NCBI GenBank assembly: GCA_910589055.1 | Contig: CAJURN010000003.1 | Coordinates: 84,200-148,199, forward strand | Length of the DNA: 64,000 nucleotides | Direction of reading: 5' to 3' | Source: an uncultured Muribaculaceae bacterium | GTDB taxonomy: Bacteria > Bacteroidota > Bacteroidia > Bacteroidales > Muribaculaceae | In this document: positions 62,645 through 64,000 of the stretch, one piece after another | Layout of the letters: every line of letters starts with the position of its first letter | How positions within the stretch are numbered: position 1 is the stretch's first letter | The notes under the pieces: generated by a model | The model's input: only the letters and a program-made list of their open reading frames with translations | Database searches by the model: none | Told to the model about the DNA's origin: nothing | Program-made: the position numbers and the translations under genes

Positions 62645-63994
62645 ATGAGATTTACCGAGACCCTTAAAAACATTTGGACAATCAAGGAGCTCCGTGAACG
62701 CCTTATCGTGACGGTCCTGCTGGTACTCATGTACCGGTTGGGCTGTTACGTCGTGCTTCCGGGCATCTCTCCTTCCGACATTGACGCTCTTGCCAACTTC
62801 ACAAACAAGAGCGGTCTGATGCAACTCCTTGACATGTTCTCCGGCGGCGCCTTCTCCCAGGCCTCCATCTTCGCACTGGGTATCATGCCTTACATCACTG
62901 CATCCATCGTGATTCAGCTCTGCGGCATGATTCTTCCTTCGTTCCAGAAGATGCAGCGCGAAGGCGAGAGCGGCCGTCAGAAGATGAACCAATACACCCG
63001 CTATCTCACAGTACTCATCCTCGTCCTCCAGGCTCCGGCCTACCTGATTAACCTTCAGGTGCAGGTGAACAGCGCAGGCAATGCCGGTGCGATGTCACTC
63101 GGTTTCTGGACGGTAGCATATCTGACGGTGATTCTTGCCGCAGGTTCGATGTTTATTATGTGGCTTGGCGAACGAATCACTGACCGCGGTATCGGCAATG
63201 GTATCTCCTTCATCATCCTTGTAGGTATCATTGCCCGTCTCCCGGGAGCCCTGTATTATGAATTCGTCAGCCGCCTCCCGGGTGCCTCCGGCAGCCAGGG
63301 CGGTCTGGTGATGTTCATCATCGAGATTGTTCTTCTGTTTGCCGTAACAGTCGGCGCGGTACTTCTTGTACAGGGAACCCGCAAGGTGCCCGTACAGTAT
63401 GCCAAGCGTATCGTCGGCAACCGTCAGTACGGTGGTGCACGCCAGTACATCCCTCTGAAGGTAAATGCCGCCGGTGTGATGCCTATCATCTTCGCCCAGG
63501 CCATCATGTTCATCCCCATGACACTTGCAGGCTTCAAGGGTGGTGAGACAGGTTTCCTCCACGCTTTCACCGACATCAACGGCTTCTGGTACAACGCAGT
63601 CTTCTTTATCCTGATTGTAGCCTTCACCTACTTCTACACCGCCATCACCGTGCGTCCCACCCAGATGGCTGAAGACATGAAGCGCAACAACGGATTCATC
63701 CCCGGTGTGAAACCCGGCAAGAAAACTGCGGAATACCTCGACACCATCATGTCGCGCATCACTCTTCCGGGATCAATCTTCCTGGGAATCGTTGCGATTC
63801 TTCCCGCCTTCGCGCGTTTCTTCGGCATCAGCCAGAACTTCGCGCAGTTCTTCGGCGGCACATCGCTTCTGATTATGGTGGGTGTTGTTCTTGACACACT
63901 CCAGCAGATTGAGTCGCACCTGATGATGCACCACTATGACGGACTGATGAAGGAAGGTAAAATCAAAGGCCGCACCACCGGTACGGCTTATTGA
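62645..63994 (+). CDS. secY: Preprotein translocase SecY
   Basis: IFALGIMPYITAS, GIGNGIS, AGVMPIIFA, IPGVKPG, GGTSLLI. Confidence 0.99.
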   Translation: MRFTETLKNIWTIKELRERLIVTVLLVLMYRLGCYVVLPGISPSDIDALANFTNKSGLMQLLDMFSGGAFSQASIFALGIMPYITASIVIQLCGMILPSFQKMQREGESGRQKMNQYTRYLTVLILVLQAPAYLINLQVQVNSAGNAGAMSLGFWTVAYLTVILAAGSMFIMWLGERITDRGIGNGISFIILVGIIARLPGALYYEFVSRLPGASGSQGGLVMFIIEIVLLFAVTVGAVLLVQGTRKVPVQYAKRIVGNRQYGGARQYIPLKVNAAGVMPIIFAQAIMFIPMTLAGFKGGETGFLHAFTDINGFWYNAVFFILIVAFTYFYTAITVRPTQMAEDMKRNNGFIPGVKPGKKTAEYLDTIMSRITLPGSIFLGIVAILPAFARFFGISQNFAQFFGGTSLLIMVGVVLDTLQQIESHLMMHHYDGLMKEGKIKGRTTGTAY

Positions 63995-64000
63995 TAAGTC

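Overview
A chromosomal window from a Bacteroidales bacterium. A Muribaculaceae-like lineage is plausible from the GC-rich codon usage, TAnnTTTG promoters and T9SS-type C-termini, but that is inference. The left ~40 kb is accessory/surface biology: comF, two tandem DUF6056-like membrane proteins, sbcDC, two large non-catalytic T9SS cleaved-adhesin/FN3 proteins, two tandem DUF4855 proteins, a starch-type PUL (susC-susD-susE-susF-susA, with no susG, susB or susR in the window), an aspartate aminotransferase flanked by heptad repeats, a 1536-aa GH51-GH43 fusion, a DUF4919 protein and an M6 metalloprotease. The right ~24 kb is core: nifJ (PFOR), gyrB, rnr, folB, a degenerate GT2, and the contiguous str-S10-spc ribosomal cluster from rpsL to secY (no tuf). 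I found no rRNA, tRNA, CRISPR, transposase or phage genes. The best leads are the DUF4855 pair as candidate glycoside hydrolases beside a SusG-less PUL, a 16S helix-43-like candidate S7 operator between rpsL and rpsG, the DUF6056 (GT-C-like) pair, two families of short-period palindromic intergenic repeats, and a promoter-like AT island inside rplD. All family assignments come from motif recognition by eye, not from database searches.
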